A stretch of DNA of 64,000 nucleotides, taken from the NCBI GenBank assembly GCA_963778655.1, contig CAVZVA010000009.1, forward strand, positions 1,440,001 to 1,504,000, written 5' to 3'. The translations under genes were made by a program, and so were the position numbers. This DNA comes from an uncultured delta proteobacterium. Lineage in GTDB: Bacteria; Myxococcota_A; Polyangia; Polyangiales; JAFGIB01. The notes under the pieces were generated by a model. That model saw only the letters and a program-made list of their open reading frames with translations. It made no database searches and was not told the DNA's origin. Shown here in pieces: positions 20,454 to 30,329 of this stretch (positions are counted from its first letter, which is position 1; each line of letters starts with the position of its first letter).

Positions 20454-22085
20454 GTGAGCCCGCACTGCGGGCGCTGCGGAAGCATTCTTGGCGCCGGAGC
20501 GACTCGTTGCTCGCGGTGCGGGCACGCGCAGGCCACGCCCGCCGCGGCAGGCGATCTTCAGTACGGGATGCTCGATCTGTCCGATGCACCCGATCTGCCG
20601 GCTCTCCCCTCGCTCGAAACCGATGACCCCACGGGCCCGGCTCGCGCTGCCCAGCCCGCGGCTGCCCGCGGCGTGGGGCGGCGCGCCTCGGGCGCGGGAA
20701 CCGCGCGCACCGGGTCGGGCTCGCGCGCCCAGCCTGCCGGCGCACGCGCGTCGGCGGCTTCGCGCGGCAGGAAATCGACGCGTGGCAGCGGCACGCACCC
20801 GGCCGCGCAGGTCGCAGGTGGGCGCGCTTCAGCAGCGTCGCGCAGCGGCGCACTGCCGGGCGCGGCTCGCGCCCAGCAGCCCAGCGACAGCGCCACGTCC
20901 TACGGCCGGGGCATGATGATCGACGACGATCTGCTGAATCAAGGCTTCGGTGGCGGCGGTGGCGCCGGCGCGGCGCTCGAGCTCGACGAGGCGGCCGTGC
21001 CCTTTGCCGCGCCGCGCCGCTCGGCCGAGATCGGTCCGGTTGCCGAGGACCCGCTGGCCGGCGCGCAGGTGCCTTCGGTGCGGCCGGAAAGCCCCGAACG
21101 GCAGCGGGCGGCCAAGCTGGCGCAGATCGCGGGCTACGGGCCCGTGCCCCAGAAGCCGATCGCTACGCCGCTCTACTGGGTACGCGTGGTGCTGCGCAAG
21201 CGGGTCTTGACCGAGGAGCTGGCCGCGCTCTCGGCGCAGCGCAAGCGCGCAGACGACGCCGCCGGCGACGCCCTGGTCAAGCTCGGCGAAACGATCTTCG
21301 AGCTGCGCGACGACCCGCGAACCGAAGGCCTGGAAAGGTTGTTCCGCGCAGTCGGCGATGCCGACAATCAGGTCGGGCAAGTGCAGGCGCAAGCCGAGAA
21401 GCGCAAGCAGCAGGCTTCGACCGAGCTGGCGCGGCTCGACCGCGAGTTGCAGCGTGTGGAGCGCCAGGCCACCCCGCTGCGCCAGCGCGAAGCAGAGCTG
21501 GCGGCGGAGGTCGAACGGCTCAAGGGCGAGGCACGCCTGCTCGAGATGCAGCGGCGCAAGCTCGACGTCGAGATCGAGGCGCTCGGGCGGCAGAAAGGCG
21601 GCGCGGACCCCGAACGGCTCGCGGCGCTGCGGGCGGAGCGCGACGCGCGCCACGGCCAGGTGCAGACGCTTGGCATCCAGGTGCGCCCGATCGAGGAGGA
21701 CCTCAGCGTCGCGCGCAAGGAGCTCGCGCTGCGCATGCGCAAGATCGCTGGGCTCCAGGACGAGAAGCAGCTCTCGATCGCGGGGCTCGAGCGGGCCCAA
21801 CAGGCGCAACGGGTGTCGCAGGGCAGCGCGCGCGGCGCGCGCGCGCAGGCGCTGACGGCGCTGGCGCAAACCGCCCTGCGGCAGAGCCTGGGTGAGCTGG
21901 CGCCGGAGCACGAGAACAACGTTCGGATCAGCGCGCAGCGCGCCGAGCAGCGGCGCCAGCAGGAAGAGCTGCACCGCGCCGCCCTCGCCAGCTACGACCA
22001 CCGCGCCTACGGCCGCGGCATGAGCCTGCTACTCGGCAGCAGCCTGCTGTTCTTTCTGACCCTGGCCGCGCTGATCTTCTTCTGA
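20454..22085 (+). CDS. hypothetical protein: N-terminal zinc ribbon, disordered linker, long coiled coil, C-terminal TM anchor
   Basis: CGRCG...CSRCG; heptad-rich E/R/Q/L region; terminal LLLGSSLLFFLTLAALIFF. Start is uncertain (20415-20454). Confidence 0.7.
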   Translation: MSPHCGRCGSILGAGATRCSRCGHAQATPAAAGDLQYGMLDLSDAPDLPALPSLETDDPTGPARAAQPAAARGVGRRASGAGTARTGSGSRAQPAGARASAASRGRKSTRGSGTHPAAQVAGGRASAASRSGALPGAARAQQPSDSATSYGRGMMIDDDLLNQGFGGGGGAGAALELDEAAVPFAAPRRSAEIGPVAEDPLAGAQVPSVRPESPERQRAAKLAQIAGYGPVPQKPIATPLYWVRVVLRKRVLTEELAALSAQRKRADDAAGDALVKLGETIFELRDDPRTEGLERLFRAVGDADNQVGQVQAQAEKRKQQASTELARLDRELQRVERQATPLRQREAELAAEVERLKGEARLLEMQRRKLDVEIEALGRQKGGADPERLAALRAERDARHGQVQTLGIQVRPIEEDLSVARKELALRMRKIAGLQDEKQLSIAGLERAQQAQRVSQGSARGARAQALTALAQTALRQSLGELAPEHENNVRISAQRAEQRRQQEELHRAALASYDHRAYGRGMSLLLGSSLLFFLTLAALIFF

Positions 22086-22136
22086 GAGGCCGACCGGCGT
22101 AGCGCACAGTCGCGATGTCTGCGACCTACGCGCGCC

Positions 22137-22604
22137 CTACTCTTTCGCTTCCTTGAGCGCGGCCAACACGGCGTCGACGTGGCCGGCGACCTTGACCCTG
22201 GGGAAGACCTTCTTCACCTTGCCGTCGGGGCCGACGATCACGGTCGAGCGGATGATGCCCATGCTCTTCTTGCCGTACATGTTCTTCTCGCCCCACGCGC
22301 CGTACTTCTCGATCACCTTGGCGTCCGGGTCGCTGGCCAGGGTCACGCGCAGGCGGTGCTTGTCGCGGAACTTGCAGTGCGATTCGACTGAGTCCTTGCT
22401 CACGCCCACCACGACCGCCCCCAGCTTGTCCAGGCGAGCGCGCGCCTTGCTGAAATCCTGCGCCTCGAGCGTGCAGCCGGGCGTGTCGTCTTTCGGATAG
22501 AAGTACAGCACCAACTGCTTGCCCTTGAAGCTCGCGAGCGAGATCTTCTCACCCTGATCGGTGGTCAGCGTGAACGCGGGCGCCTGTTTGCCTTCCTGAA
22601 TCAT
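22137..22604 (-). CDS. bcp: peroxiredoxin Bcp/PrxQ
   Basis: LYFYPKDDTPGCTLEA, GVSKDSVESH, WGEKNMYGK. Confidence 0.95.
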   Translation of the reverse strand: MIQEGKQAPAFTLTTDQGEKISLASFKGKQLVLYFYPKDDTPGCTLEAQDFSKARARLDKLGAVVVGVSKDSVESHCKFRDKHRLRVTLASDPDAKVIEKYGAWGEKNMYGKKSMGIIRSTVIVGPDGKVKKVFPRVKVAGHVDAVLAALKEAKE

Positions 22605-22718
22605 GGAACGGCCTCCTGTGTCCACCCTGCGTGCCCAACCAGGCGCCGTCTGTCAACGCCGTGCCGTGCAGCAGGCCGCCTGCGTGCGGCGATGGATCCA
22701 TTCGTGTAGAACCCGGGG

Positions 22719-23294
22719 ATGTCGGTACGGGGCGCGCGAGTGCTGCTGGTCGGCGCCTGTTCCGAGCGCGGGCGGCGGCTGGTCGAGGGCCTGCTCGCGC
22801 TCGGCGCGCACGTGATCGCGGCCGACCGCCTGCGCACGCGGCTCGAGGAGCTGCGCGCCGAGATGCGGCAGCACGAACGGCTGTGGGTCGCGGAGAGCGA
22901 CGCGCTCGACCCGCAGTCGATGGCCACGCTGTGCGCAGACGTGGCGCACGACGATCCGATCGACGCGGCGTTGCTGTTGCTGGACGCCGGCCCCGGGCCG
23001 CCCGCCCGGACGAGCGCCGCGGCCGCCTCCGTCTTCGAGGGCTTCGTCGCCGCGGCCCTGCGCCACATGGGCGACCGCGGCCGGGGCCGCGTGCTGCTGT
23101 TGGTCGAGCCGGAGCCGGACGCGCTCGGCGCCGCCCTGTCCCGGCCGTGTACGCGCGCCGCAGAGCAAGCCCGCGCGCACGGCCTTTCGATCGCCGGCAC
23201 CAGCGCGCCCCTCGGCGTCGCACAGGTGCTGCGCTGGATCGACCCCGCTCAACCCGCGCCCGAAGGCTGGCTCGACAATCCAGCGCACGAGTGA
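22719..23294 (+). CDS. Rossmann-fold SDR-like protein, degenerate
   Basis: VLLVGACSERGRRL nucleotide-binding-like start, GAHVIAAD, GRGRVLLL; no YxxxK motif. Confidence 0.5.
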   Translation: MSVRGARVLLVGACSERGRRLVEGLLALGAHVIAADRLRTRLEELRAEMRQHERLWVAESDALDPQSMATLCADVAHDDPIDAALLLLDAGPGPPARTSAAAASVFEGFVAAALRHMGDRGRGRVLLLVEPEPDALGAALSRPCTRAAEQARAHGLSIAGTSAPLGVAQVLRWIDPAQPAPEGWLDNPAHE

Positions 23295-23380
23295 GCGCAA
23301 CGAAGTGGAACGAGCCCCGCAGGCGCATGGGCCCCGCGTGCCGTTGGGCGGGAGGGTTGCGCGACCCTCCCGGTGACAAA
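23293..23380. repeat. REP-like palindromic element, family A
   Basis: GGGAGGGTTGCGCGACCCTCCC hairpin followed by GGTGACAAA; resembles the reverse complement of the 99-bp unit. Confidence 0.6.
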
Positions 23381-23392
23381 AACCGCGCTATT

Positions 23393-24085
23393 ATGACCAG
23401 GGTGCGGCCCACCCTCGTCATCGGCGACGTGCACGGCTGCCTCGACGAGCTCGAGCGCTTGCTGCAGGCCGCCGGATACGCTCGGGGGGACGGGCTGGTA
23501 CTGGTCGGCGACCTGGTCGCCAAGGGGCCGGACTCGCGCGGCGTGCTGGCGCTGGTGCGTGAGCTCGACGCGCGCGCGGTGTGCGGCAACCACGACGCCC
23601 ACGTGCTGCGCTACAAGCGGGCGCTCGACGCTGGCCGGACCCCGCCGCGGTTGGGCAGCGACCACCGTGCCCTGGCGGAGGCCCTGGACGCGCGCGACTG
23701 GGCCCTGCTGGAGTCGTTGCCGTTGTTCCTGCGCCTGCCCGAGCACGGCGCGATCGTGGTGCACGCGGGCCTGCTGCCGGGCGTGCCGCTCGAGGCGCAA
23801 GATCCGCAGCTGCTGCTCAACATGCGCACCATCCGGCCCGACGGCAGCGGCTCGAGCCGGCCAGAAGACGGCGTGCTGTGGGGAAGCCTGTGGCCTGGGC
23901 CGGAGCTGGTGCTGTTCGGGCACCACGCCAGCGCCGGCCTGCAAGAGCACCCGTTCGCGCTGGGGCTGGACACCGGCTGCGTGTACGGCGGGCGCCTGAC
24001 CGGGTGCGTGCTGCCCGAGCGCCGCCTGGTCTCTGTCGCGGCGCGCCGAGCTTATGCGCCAATCGAACGACGGGAGCGTGCATGA
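23393..24085 (+). CDS. metallophosphoesterase (ApaH/PrpA-like)
   Basis: IGDVHGC, VGDLVAKGP, GNHD, VHAG, FGH, LDTGCVYGG. Confidence 0.92.
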   Translation: MTRVRPTLVIGDVHGCLDELERLLQAAGYARGDGLVLVGDLVAKGPDSRGVLALVRELDARAVCGNHDAHVLRYKRALDAGRTPPRLGSDHRALAEALDARDWALLESLPLFLRLPEHGAIVVHAGLLPGVPLEAQDPQLLLNMRTIRPDGSGSSRPEDGVLWGSLWPGPELVLFGHHASAGLQEHPFALGLDTGCVYGGRLTGCVLPERRLVSVAARRAYAPIERRERA

Positions 24086-24441
24086 CGCGCGCTCCGGCCG
24101 CACGGGTGGCCGCCGGATGCGTGCACGACCTGGTCGCCGGCCAGGTGCGCGTGGTGCGGCTGCCGGCGGACGCCTCGGGCATGCCGCGGGAGGCGCTGCT
24201 GCTGCGCGACGCGCGCGGGCGGTTGCGCGCCTACCTCAACCGCTGCCGGCACCTGCCGGTGCCGCTCGATGCCGGCGGGCGCAGCTTCTTCTCTGCCGAC
24301 GGCAGCGAGCTGGAGTGCAGGACCCACGGCGCGCGCTATCGCCTGGACGACGGGCGCTGCGTCGAGGGCCCGTGCAAGGGCGCCGCGCTGCAGGCGTTCG
24401 CGATCGAGCTCGAGGGCGACCTGGTCCACGTGCTGCTGTGA
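24082..24441 (+). CDS. Rieske [2Fe-2S] ferredoxin-like protein
   Basis: NRCRH...CRTHGARY...GPC; ATGA overlap with the upstream gene. Confidence 0.88.
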   Translation: MTRAPAARVAAGCVHDLVAGQVRVVRLPADASGMPREALLLRDARGRLRAYLNRCRHLPVPLDAGGRSFFSADGSELECRTHGARYRLDDGRCVEGPCKGAALQAFAIELEGDLVHVLL

Positions 24442-24474
24442 GCGCCGGCCGCGGGCTTGGTGCGGGGCCGCGCG

Positions 24475-25344
24475 TCAGCGCGCCGCCGCGGGGGCCGGCT
24501 CGGAGCGGCGCAGCAGCGATGCCGGGCACGAGCGCGGCCCGAGCACGGTCCACGGCAGGTCCTCGCTGCCATGCAGCAGCTCACTGCGCGCGGTCAGCAC
24601 CTCGCAGCCGCCCTCGGTCACCAGCACCGTGTGCTCGAACTGGGCGGACAGCGAGCGGTCGGCGGTGACCACTGTCCAGTCGTCCTCCAGCACCTCGCAG
24701 GCGTAGTGACCGAGATTGATCATCGGCTCGATGGTGAACACCATGCCCGGCTTGAGCCGCTTGCCGGTATCGCGCTTGCCGTAGTGCGGCACTTGCGGCG
24801 CGGTGTGGAACTCGCGGCCGATGCCGTGACCCACGTAGTCGCGCACCACCGAGCAGCCCTGGGCTTCGGCGTAGCGCTGAATCGCGGCGCCGATGTCGCC
24901 AATGCGCTTGCCGGGCGCGACCTCCGCGATGCCGAGCTCCAGGCAGTGCCGCGAGACCTCCACCACGTGCTTGGCCTCCGCGCTGGGAGTGCCAACGTAG
25001 AAGGTAGCGCTGGTATCGCCGTGGAAGCCGTCGACCCGCGGCAGGTAGCTGGTGACGTCGACGTTGACGATGTCGCCGTCGCGCAACACCCGCTTGCCCG
25101 GGATCCCGTGGCAGACCACCTCGTTGACGCTGGTGCAGACGCTCTTGGGGAAGCCCTTGTAGTTCAGCGGCGAAGGCCAGGCGTCGTGCTCGATGGTGTA
25201 GTCGTGAACCAGGGTGTTCACGTCGTCGGTGGTCATGCCCGGCCGCAGGTGGCGGCCGACCCACAACAGGGTGTCGGCCGCGAGCTGGCAGGCCGCACGC
25301 ATGCGCTCCACCATCGGCGGGCTCATGATTTCGATGGCGGACAC
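24475..25344 (-). CDS. map: type I methionine aminopeptidase
   Basis: CTSVNEVVCHGIP, DIVNVDVT, GDTS, GHGIG..FH, FTIEPMIN, SAQFEHT. Confidence 0.96.
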   Translation of the reverse strand: MSAIEIMSPPMVERMRAACQLAADTLLWVGRHLRPGMTTDDVNTLVHDYTIEHDAWPSPLNYKGFPKSVCTSVNEVVCHGIPGKRVLRDGDIVNVDVTSYLPRVDGFHGDTSATFYVGTPSAEAKHVVEVSRHCLELGIAEVAPGKRIGDIGAAIQRYAEAQGCSVVRDYVGHGIGREFHTAPQVPHYGKRDTGKRLKPGMVFTIEPMINLGHYACEVLEDDWTVVTADRSLSAQFEHTVLVTEGGCEVLTARSELLHGSEDLPWTVLGPRSCPASLLRRSEPAPAAAR

Positions 25345-25424
25345 GCGTTGACTCCTCGACTGCTGAACGTAGGGCGCGCCCGCACTGCGGGCAAGCCCGG
25401 TGCCGGCGGGCGCGCTGCCGCGCT

Positions 25425-25574
25425 CTAGACGCTCGCCGTCGAGAACGCGAGCGTGGCCATCGCGTAGATGAGCACCAGGCACAGGCCCAGGAACACGATA
25501 CCCGCCCTGAACAAGCGCGGTGCGGTCCAGTACTCTTCCTCGCGCTTGATGCGCTGCTCTTCTCCTTCGGTCAC
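25425..25574 (-). CDS. small 49-aa single-pass membrane protein (absent from the ORF track)
   Basis: GTG start after a CAGGAGA RBS; MTEGEEQRIKREEEYWTAPRLFRAGIVFLGLCLVLIYAMATLAFSTASV*. Confidence 0.6.
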   Translation of the reverse strand: MTEGEEQRIKREEEYWTAPRLFRAGIVFLGLCLVLIYAMATLAFSTASV

Positions 25575-25667
25575 GACGAATCTCCTGCTGGGTCGCGTAG
25601 ATAGCCGCTCGGGCCGGCCCCGTCAATCGCCCCCCTTCCCGCCTGCCTGTCTTGCTGGTGACTGACT

Positions 25668-25703
25668 AAAGAAAAGGCCCGGCGGGGGCGTCCGCCGGGC
25701 CTT
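25668..25703 (-). terminator. intrinsic terminator
   Basis: AAGGCCCGGCGG-loop-CCGCCGGGCCTT hairpin followed by TTTCTTT on the minus strand, downstream of the 25760 ORF. Confidence 0.75.
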
Positions 25704-25759
25704 GCGGCGCTCGACCAGGCGATGAATCGAGCGCCCTAAGCGTGTTCGCCTCAGTTGAC

Positions 25760-25933
25760 CTAACCGAAGTCGAGCTCGTCGCCGTCTGTCTCGACCTGCT
25801 CGTCGAAGGACTTGAAGACCGCCTCGACCTCCAAGTCGTCGACCGTGAACCCGACCTTGTTCATGGGCCGCAGCTCTTCGCGCTCGAAGTCAGCGAACGA
25901 CCCGTAGTTCTTGGGACCACCGTCGCGTTTCAT
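25760..25933 (-). CDS. small acidic hypothetical protein (57 aa)
   Basis: GGAGG RBS; MKRDGGPKNYGSFADFEREELRPMNK...DELDFG; has its own terminator. Confidence 0.7.
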   Translation of the reverse strand: MKRDGGPKNYGSFADFEREELRPMNKVGFTVDDLEVEAVFKSFDEQVETDGDELDFG

Positions 25934-26055
25934 TCGAATCAAGCCTCCAAGTAAACCTACATTCAACGACACCTTACTACCCCCACTTACAACTACACAA
26001 AAAACGGCGAGATTGAATCGCCTCGGACACCTTGGTAAGAACCGGCCCGAAGCCG

Positions 26056-26823
26056 ATGAGCCGCGTCTTCGCGATTTCCAACCAGAAAGGCGGGGTCGGT
26101 AAGACGACCACGGCGGTCAATCTGGCTGCAAGCATGGCGGTCGCCGAGCAGAGGGTGCTGCTGATCGACCTCGATCCTCAGGGCAACGCCAGCAGCGGCG
26201 TGGGTATCACCGACCGCGATGGTGCGCGTTCGCTCTACCCGGTCATGTTCGGCGAGGCGACGCTGGCCGAAGTCACGCAGCCCACCGAGTTGCCCTATCT
26301 GGAGATCGTCCCGGCCGTGCGTGACCTGGCCGGGGTCGAGGTCGAGATGGCGGGGGTCGACGATCGGGCCACCCGCCTGCGCGACGCCCTGCTGCCGGTT
26401 CGCGACCGTTACGACTTCATCTTCCTCGATTGTCCGCCCTCGCTCGGCATCCTGACCATCAACGCCCTGGTGGCCGCCGACGTGGTGCTGGTGCCGATGC
26501 AAGCCGAGTTCTACGCGCTGCAGGGGCTCTCGGATCTGGCGAGCACGATCGAGCGCGTGCGCGCGACGCTCAACCCAGCGCTTGAGATCTACGGCGTGCT
26601 GCTGACCATGTTCGACGCGCGCAGCAACCTCTCCAACCAGGTGGCCGAGGAGGTGCGCAAGCACTTCCACGTGTTCGACACGGTGATTCCGCGCAACGTG
26701 CGCCTGGCCGAGGCACCGTCCTACGGCCGGCCGGTGATCCTGTACGATGCCGGCTCGCGGGGCTCGCACGGCTACCTGAGCCTCGCGCGTGAAATCCTCG
26801 AACGGCAGCCCGCGGTCGCGTGA
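26056..26823 (+). CDS. parA: ParA/Soj chromosome partitioning ATPase
   Basis: NQKGGVGKTTT, DLDPQGNAS, DCPPSLG, IPRNVRLAEAPSYG. Confidence 0.96.
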   Translation: MSRVFAISNQKGGVGKTTTAVNLAASMAVAEQRVLLIDLDPQGNASSGVGITDRDGARSLYPVMFGEATLAEVTQPTELPYLEIVPAVRDLAGVEVEMAGVDDRATRLRDALLPVRDRYDFIFLDCPPSLGILTINALVAADVVLVPMQAEFYALQGLSDLASTIERVRATLNPALEIYGVLLTMFDARSNLSNQVAEEVRKHFHVFDTVIPRNVRLAEAPSYGRPVILYDAGSRGSHGYLSLAREILERQPAVA

Positions 26824-26837
26824 AGACGAGGCAGAAC

Positions 26838-26921
26838 GAGAGCGAAGCGAACCCCGCGGCGGGGTGGGCCCCTGACGGCTTTGCCGGCAGGGCGAGGAGG
26901 GCGCGTGCCCTTCCCGGTAAC
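26838..26921. repeat. REP-like element, family A (inverted relative to the 99-bp unit)
   Basis: AGCGAACCCCGCGGCGGGGTGGGCCCCTGACGGCTTTGCCGGCAGGGCGAGGAGGGCGCGTGCCCTTCCC is close to the reverse complement of the 99-bp unit core. Confidence 0.85.
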
Positions 26922-26942
26922 GGGCAAGCGTGATGGCTGTTC

Positions 26943-27812
26943 ATGGTTGATTCTAGCAAGCGGCGCGGGCTGGGCCGCGGTTTGGATGCGCTGCTGCCGG
27001 CGGCCCCGGCCTCGCCCGCGGCGGGCGGGCGCGGCCCCGAGGCCTTCTACGCGCCAATCGAGGGCCTGCACCCCAGCCGCTCGCAGCCGCGCACGCGCTT
27101 CGACGACGCGGCGCTCGACGAGCTAGCGGCCTCGCTGCGCGCGGTCGGCATGCTCGAGCCGATTCTGGTGCGGCGCCGCGCGCAGGGCGGCCACGAGATC
27201 GTCGCCGGGGAGCGACGCTGGCGTGCGGCGCAGCGCGCGGGCCTGCACGAGGTGCCGGTGTTCGTGCGCGAGCTGAGCGAGGGCAAGGCCTTCGAGGCGG
27301 CGCTGATCGAGAACCTGCAGCGCGAAGACCTCAATCCGCTCGAGACCGCGCGCGCCTATCAGCGGCTGGTCGACGAGCACGGGCACTCGGTGGAGTCGGT
27401 GGCGCGCTTGATCGGCAAGGACCGCTCGACCGTGGCCAATGCGGTGCGGCTGCTCAAGCTGCCCGAGTCGGTGGTCGACCGCATCGAGGCCGGCGAGCTG
27501 AGCGAGGGCCACGGCCGCGCCCTGCTCGGCGCGGCCGACGTGGGCGCGATGGAGCGGCTGGCACGCGAGGCCGTGGCCAAGGCCTGGAGCGTGCGCGAGA
27601 CCGAGCGTCGCGCCCGCAGCGAGGCGCAGAAGAAGCGCCCCGGCGGCACGCAGCAAAAGAACGCCAACACCCGCGACCTGGAAGAGCGGCTGAGCAAGCG
27701 GCTGGGCACGCGGGTGACCCTCGCCGACCGCAAGGGCAAGGGCCACCTCAGCGTGGCGTTCTCGAGCTACGACGAGCTCGACCGCCTGATCGAGCAGCTG
27801 CTCGCGGAGTGA
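26943..27812 (+). CDS. parB: ParB/Spo0J partitioning protein
   Basis: [52 protein letters not shown]. Confidence 0.97.
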   Translation: MVDSSKRRGLGRGLDALLPAAPASPAAGGRGPEAFYAPIEGLHPSRSQPRTRFDDAALDELAASLRAVGMLEPILVRRRAQGGHEIVAGERRWRAAQRAGLHEVPVFVRELSEGKAFEAALIENLQREDLNPLETARAYQRLVDEHGHSVESVARLIGKDRSTVANAVRLLKLPESVVDRIEAGELSEGHGRALLGAADVGAMERLAREAVAKAWSVRETERRARSEAQKKRPGGTQQKNANTRDLEERLSKRLGTRVTLADRKGKGHLSVAFSSYDELDRLIEQLLAE

Positions 27813-27912
27813 GTCGCTCGCGTCCGGGCTTCTGCATTCTCGACTGCGTTTGCGAATGGTGCAGGCCGCGCGGCGGCTTCCCAGCTGCCCGGCGTGGTGG
27901 TACCAACAGCGC

Positions 27913-28767
27913 ATGACTGCGCAGCTGATCGACGGCAAGGGCATCGCGAAGAAGGTGCGGGCCGAGGCGCAGCAGCGCGCCGCAGCCTTCGCCACACAGC
28001 ACGGGCGCAAGCCGGGGCTCGAGGTGGTGCTGGTGGGTGAGGACCCGGCGTCGCAGGTCTACGTGCGCAACAAAGAGAAGGCGAGCAACGAGATCGGCAT
28101 TCGCGGCGCGGTCCATCGTCTGCCCGCCGACAGCTCCCAGGCCAAGGTGGTGGAGCTGGTGCAGCGCCTGAACGCCGACGATGGTGTGGACGGCATCCTG
28201 GTGCAGCTTCCCCTACCCTCGCAGATCGATCCCGACGCGGTGATCGCGCACATCGACGCCGCCAAAGATGTCGACGGCCTGACCGCGGTCAACGCCGGGC
28301 TGCTCTTGCTGGGGCGACCGGGCCTGCGCCCCTGCACCCCGCACGGCTGCATGCGGTTGCTGGACGAGATCGGCTGCGACCCGCGCGGCAAGCGCGCGGT
28401 GGTGGTCGGGCGCAGCAACCTGGTGGGCAAGCCGATCGCGCACATGCTGCTGGCGCGCCACGCCACCGTGACCATCGCGCACTCGCGCACCTCGGATCTC
28501 GGCGCGGTGGTGGCCGAGGCCGACATCCTGGTGGCGGCGGTGGGCAGGCGCGACCTGATCCGCGGCGCGTGGATCAAGCCGGGCGCGGTGGTGATCGACG
28601 TAGGCATGAACCGCAACGACGCCGGCAAGCTGTGCGGCGACGTCGAATTCGAGCCGGCCCGCGAACGGGCGAGCTTCATCACCCCGGTCCCCGGCGGCGT
28701 GGGCCCGATGACCATCGCGATGCTGCTCAGCAACAGCGTCGACGCGGCGTACGCACGGGTGGGCTGA
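27913..28767 (+). CDS. folD: methylenetetrahydrofolate dehydrogenase/cyclohydrolase
   Basis: [51 protein letters not shown]. Confidence 0.98.
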   Translation: MTAQLIDGKGIAKKVRAEAQQRAAAFATQHGRKPGLEVVLVGEDPASQVYVRNKEKASNEIGIRGAVHRLPADSSQAKVVELVQRLNADDGVDGILVQLPLPSQIDPDAVIAHIDAAKDVDGLTAVNAGLLLLGRPGLRPCTPHGCMRLLDEIGCDPRGKRAVVVGRSNLVGKPIAHMLLARHATVTIAHSRTSDLGAVVAEADILVAAVGRRDLIRGAWIKPGAVVIDVGMNRNDAGKLCGDVEFEPARERASFITPVPGGVGPMTIAMLLSNSVDAAYARVG

Positions 28768-28771
28768 GGGC

Positions 28772-29704
28772 CTACGCGGCCGAGGGCACGCGCGCGGCGT
28801 GGCGGGCGAGACGGTGCCACAGGGCCGCGACTGCGGCCAGCACCAGCAGGCCGATCAGCTGCGAGGTGGACAGCCCGAGCAGACCGCCGCGGTCGTCGTC
28901 GCGCAGGTACTCGAGGGCGAAGCGCAGCACCGCGTAGAGCCCCAAGAACGCCAGCATGACCTGGCCGTCGAAGCGCTTGCGCGCCTGCAACCACGCCAGG
29001 AAGAACGCAATCGCGAGGCAGCCGGCCGCTTCGTAAAGCTGGGTCGGGTGCACCGGCAGGGAGGGCAAGGCCTTGGTCGCGAGCAGACCCTCGCGGAACT
29101 GCTTTTCGCTGGCGGCGGAGTAGCGCGGAAAGGACAGCCCGAAGCGGCTGTCGGTCACGATCCCGAAGCAGCAGCCGGCGAAGAAGCAGCCCAGCCGGCC
29201 GAAGAACAGACCCACGGGCAGCACGGCGCCCACCGCGTCGCAGGTCTTGGCCAGCGGGAAGCCCTCGCGGCGCAGGAACCACAGCCCGGTCGCGCTCGCG
29301 CTGACCAACCCGCCGTAGTACGCCAACCCACCGTTCCAGAACTCGGCCCAGGCGAAGCAATCGCGCTCGGCCGCATGGCACAGGCTGCGCGCGCCGTCCC
29401 ACGCGCCGCGCAGCTCGCTGCACTCGGCGCGGCTGGTCACGGTGCGCCAGATCACGCGGCTGGGGTCGGTGCACAGGTGGACGTAGTCCCAGAAGTAGCC
29501 GTCCGCGATCACGTGCAGCACGCGCGCGCCGGCCACCCCCGAGAGCACCGAGATCAGCCCGAGGTCGATGATCACGTCTGGGTCGAGGCCCGAGCGCTTG
29601 GCCCAGCGCGCGCACAGCAGCGTGGCGGTGACGAAGCCGAGCGTGAGCAGCGCGAAGTACGCGGGGATGGGCTCGCCGAAGATCCGCCCGAAGGTCGGGA
29701 TCAT
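28772..29704 (-). CDS. lgt: prolipoprotein diacylglyceryl transferase
   Basis: GARVLHV, GGLAYYGG, GRLGCFFAGCCFG, HPTQLYE, RFALEYLR. Confidence 0.93.
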   Translation of the reverse strand: MIPTFGRIFGEPIPAYFALLTLGFVTATLLCARWAKRSGLDPDVIIDLGLISVLSGVAGARVLHVIADGYFWDYVHLCTDPSRVIWRTVTSRAECSELRGAWDGARSLCHAAERDCFAWAEFWNGGLAYYGGLVSASATGLWFLRREGFPLAKTCDAVGAVLPVGLFFGRLGCFFAGCCFGIVTDSRFGLSFPRYSAASEKQFREGLLATKALPSLPVHPTQLYEAAGCLAIAFFLAWLQARKRFDGQVMLAFLGLYAVLRFALEYLRDDDRGGLLGLSTSQLIGLLVLAAVAALWHRLARHAARVPSAA

Positions 29705-30312
29705 GCCTTCTCCGGGCGCGCTCCTTCGGCCGCGCTCTCCGGGGGGCGTGGGGCCGGGCGGCGCAAGCCATCGAGCAGCAGCAACGCGACCCCGACCGTG
29801 ATGGTGGAGTCAGCGATGTTGAACGTGGGCCACTCGAACACGTCGTGAATGTGGAAGTGGATGAAGTCCACCACGTAGCCCAGCCGCACGCGGTCGATCA
29901 GGTTGCCGACGGCGCCCGAGACCACCAGTGGCACGCTCCAGGCGAATAGCGCGCCGCCGCTGCCGTGGATGAACATCCACAGCAGCGCGAAGATCGCGGC
30001 GGCGCCAGCGGTCATGAACACCCCGACGCGCAGCCAGCGCGGCGACTGGTCGAGCAGGCCGAACGCGGCGCCGCAATTCTCCGCGTAGCGCAGCTCGAGA
30101 TAGCCGGCGAGCAGCACGATCGGCTCGCCGCGCAGCCGCTGCATGTAGTAGCGGCCCCCGGAGTCGGCGCTGCACGGCGCGGGCGGGGGCGAGCTCTGCG
30201 CGTGGGAGAGCGCGCCTTCGGCCCAGGACTTGCTCAGCAGGTCTCCCGCGGTCAGCACCGCGATGGCGATCACGCACAGCACGAGCGAGCGAAGGGTACG
30301 CGGCGTTGACAT
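29701..30312 (-). CDS. lspA: lipoprotein signal peptidase II (copy 2)
   Basis: DLLSK, NCGAAFG, GAVGNLIDR, VVDFI, FNIAD. Confidence 0.93.
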   Translation of the reverse strand: MSTPRTLRSLVLCVIAIAVLTAGDLLSKSWAEGALSHAQSSPPPAPCSADSGGRYYMQRLRGEPIVLLAGYLELRYAENCGAAFGLLDQSPRWLRVGVFMTAGAAAIFALLWMFIHGSGGALFAWSVPLVVSGAVGNLIDRVRLGYVVDFIHFHIHDVFEWPTFNIADSTITVGVALLLLDGLRRPAPRPPESAAEGARPEKA

Positions 30313-30329
30313 GGTGTTGGTCGGCCTCG

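Noticed and set aside
20454..22085. SMC subunit next to scpAB
   Set aside because: No Walker A/B or signature motif and no hinge; too short, and has a TM tail.
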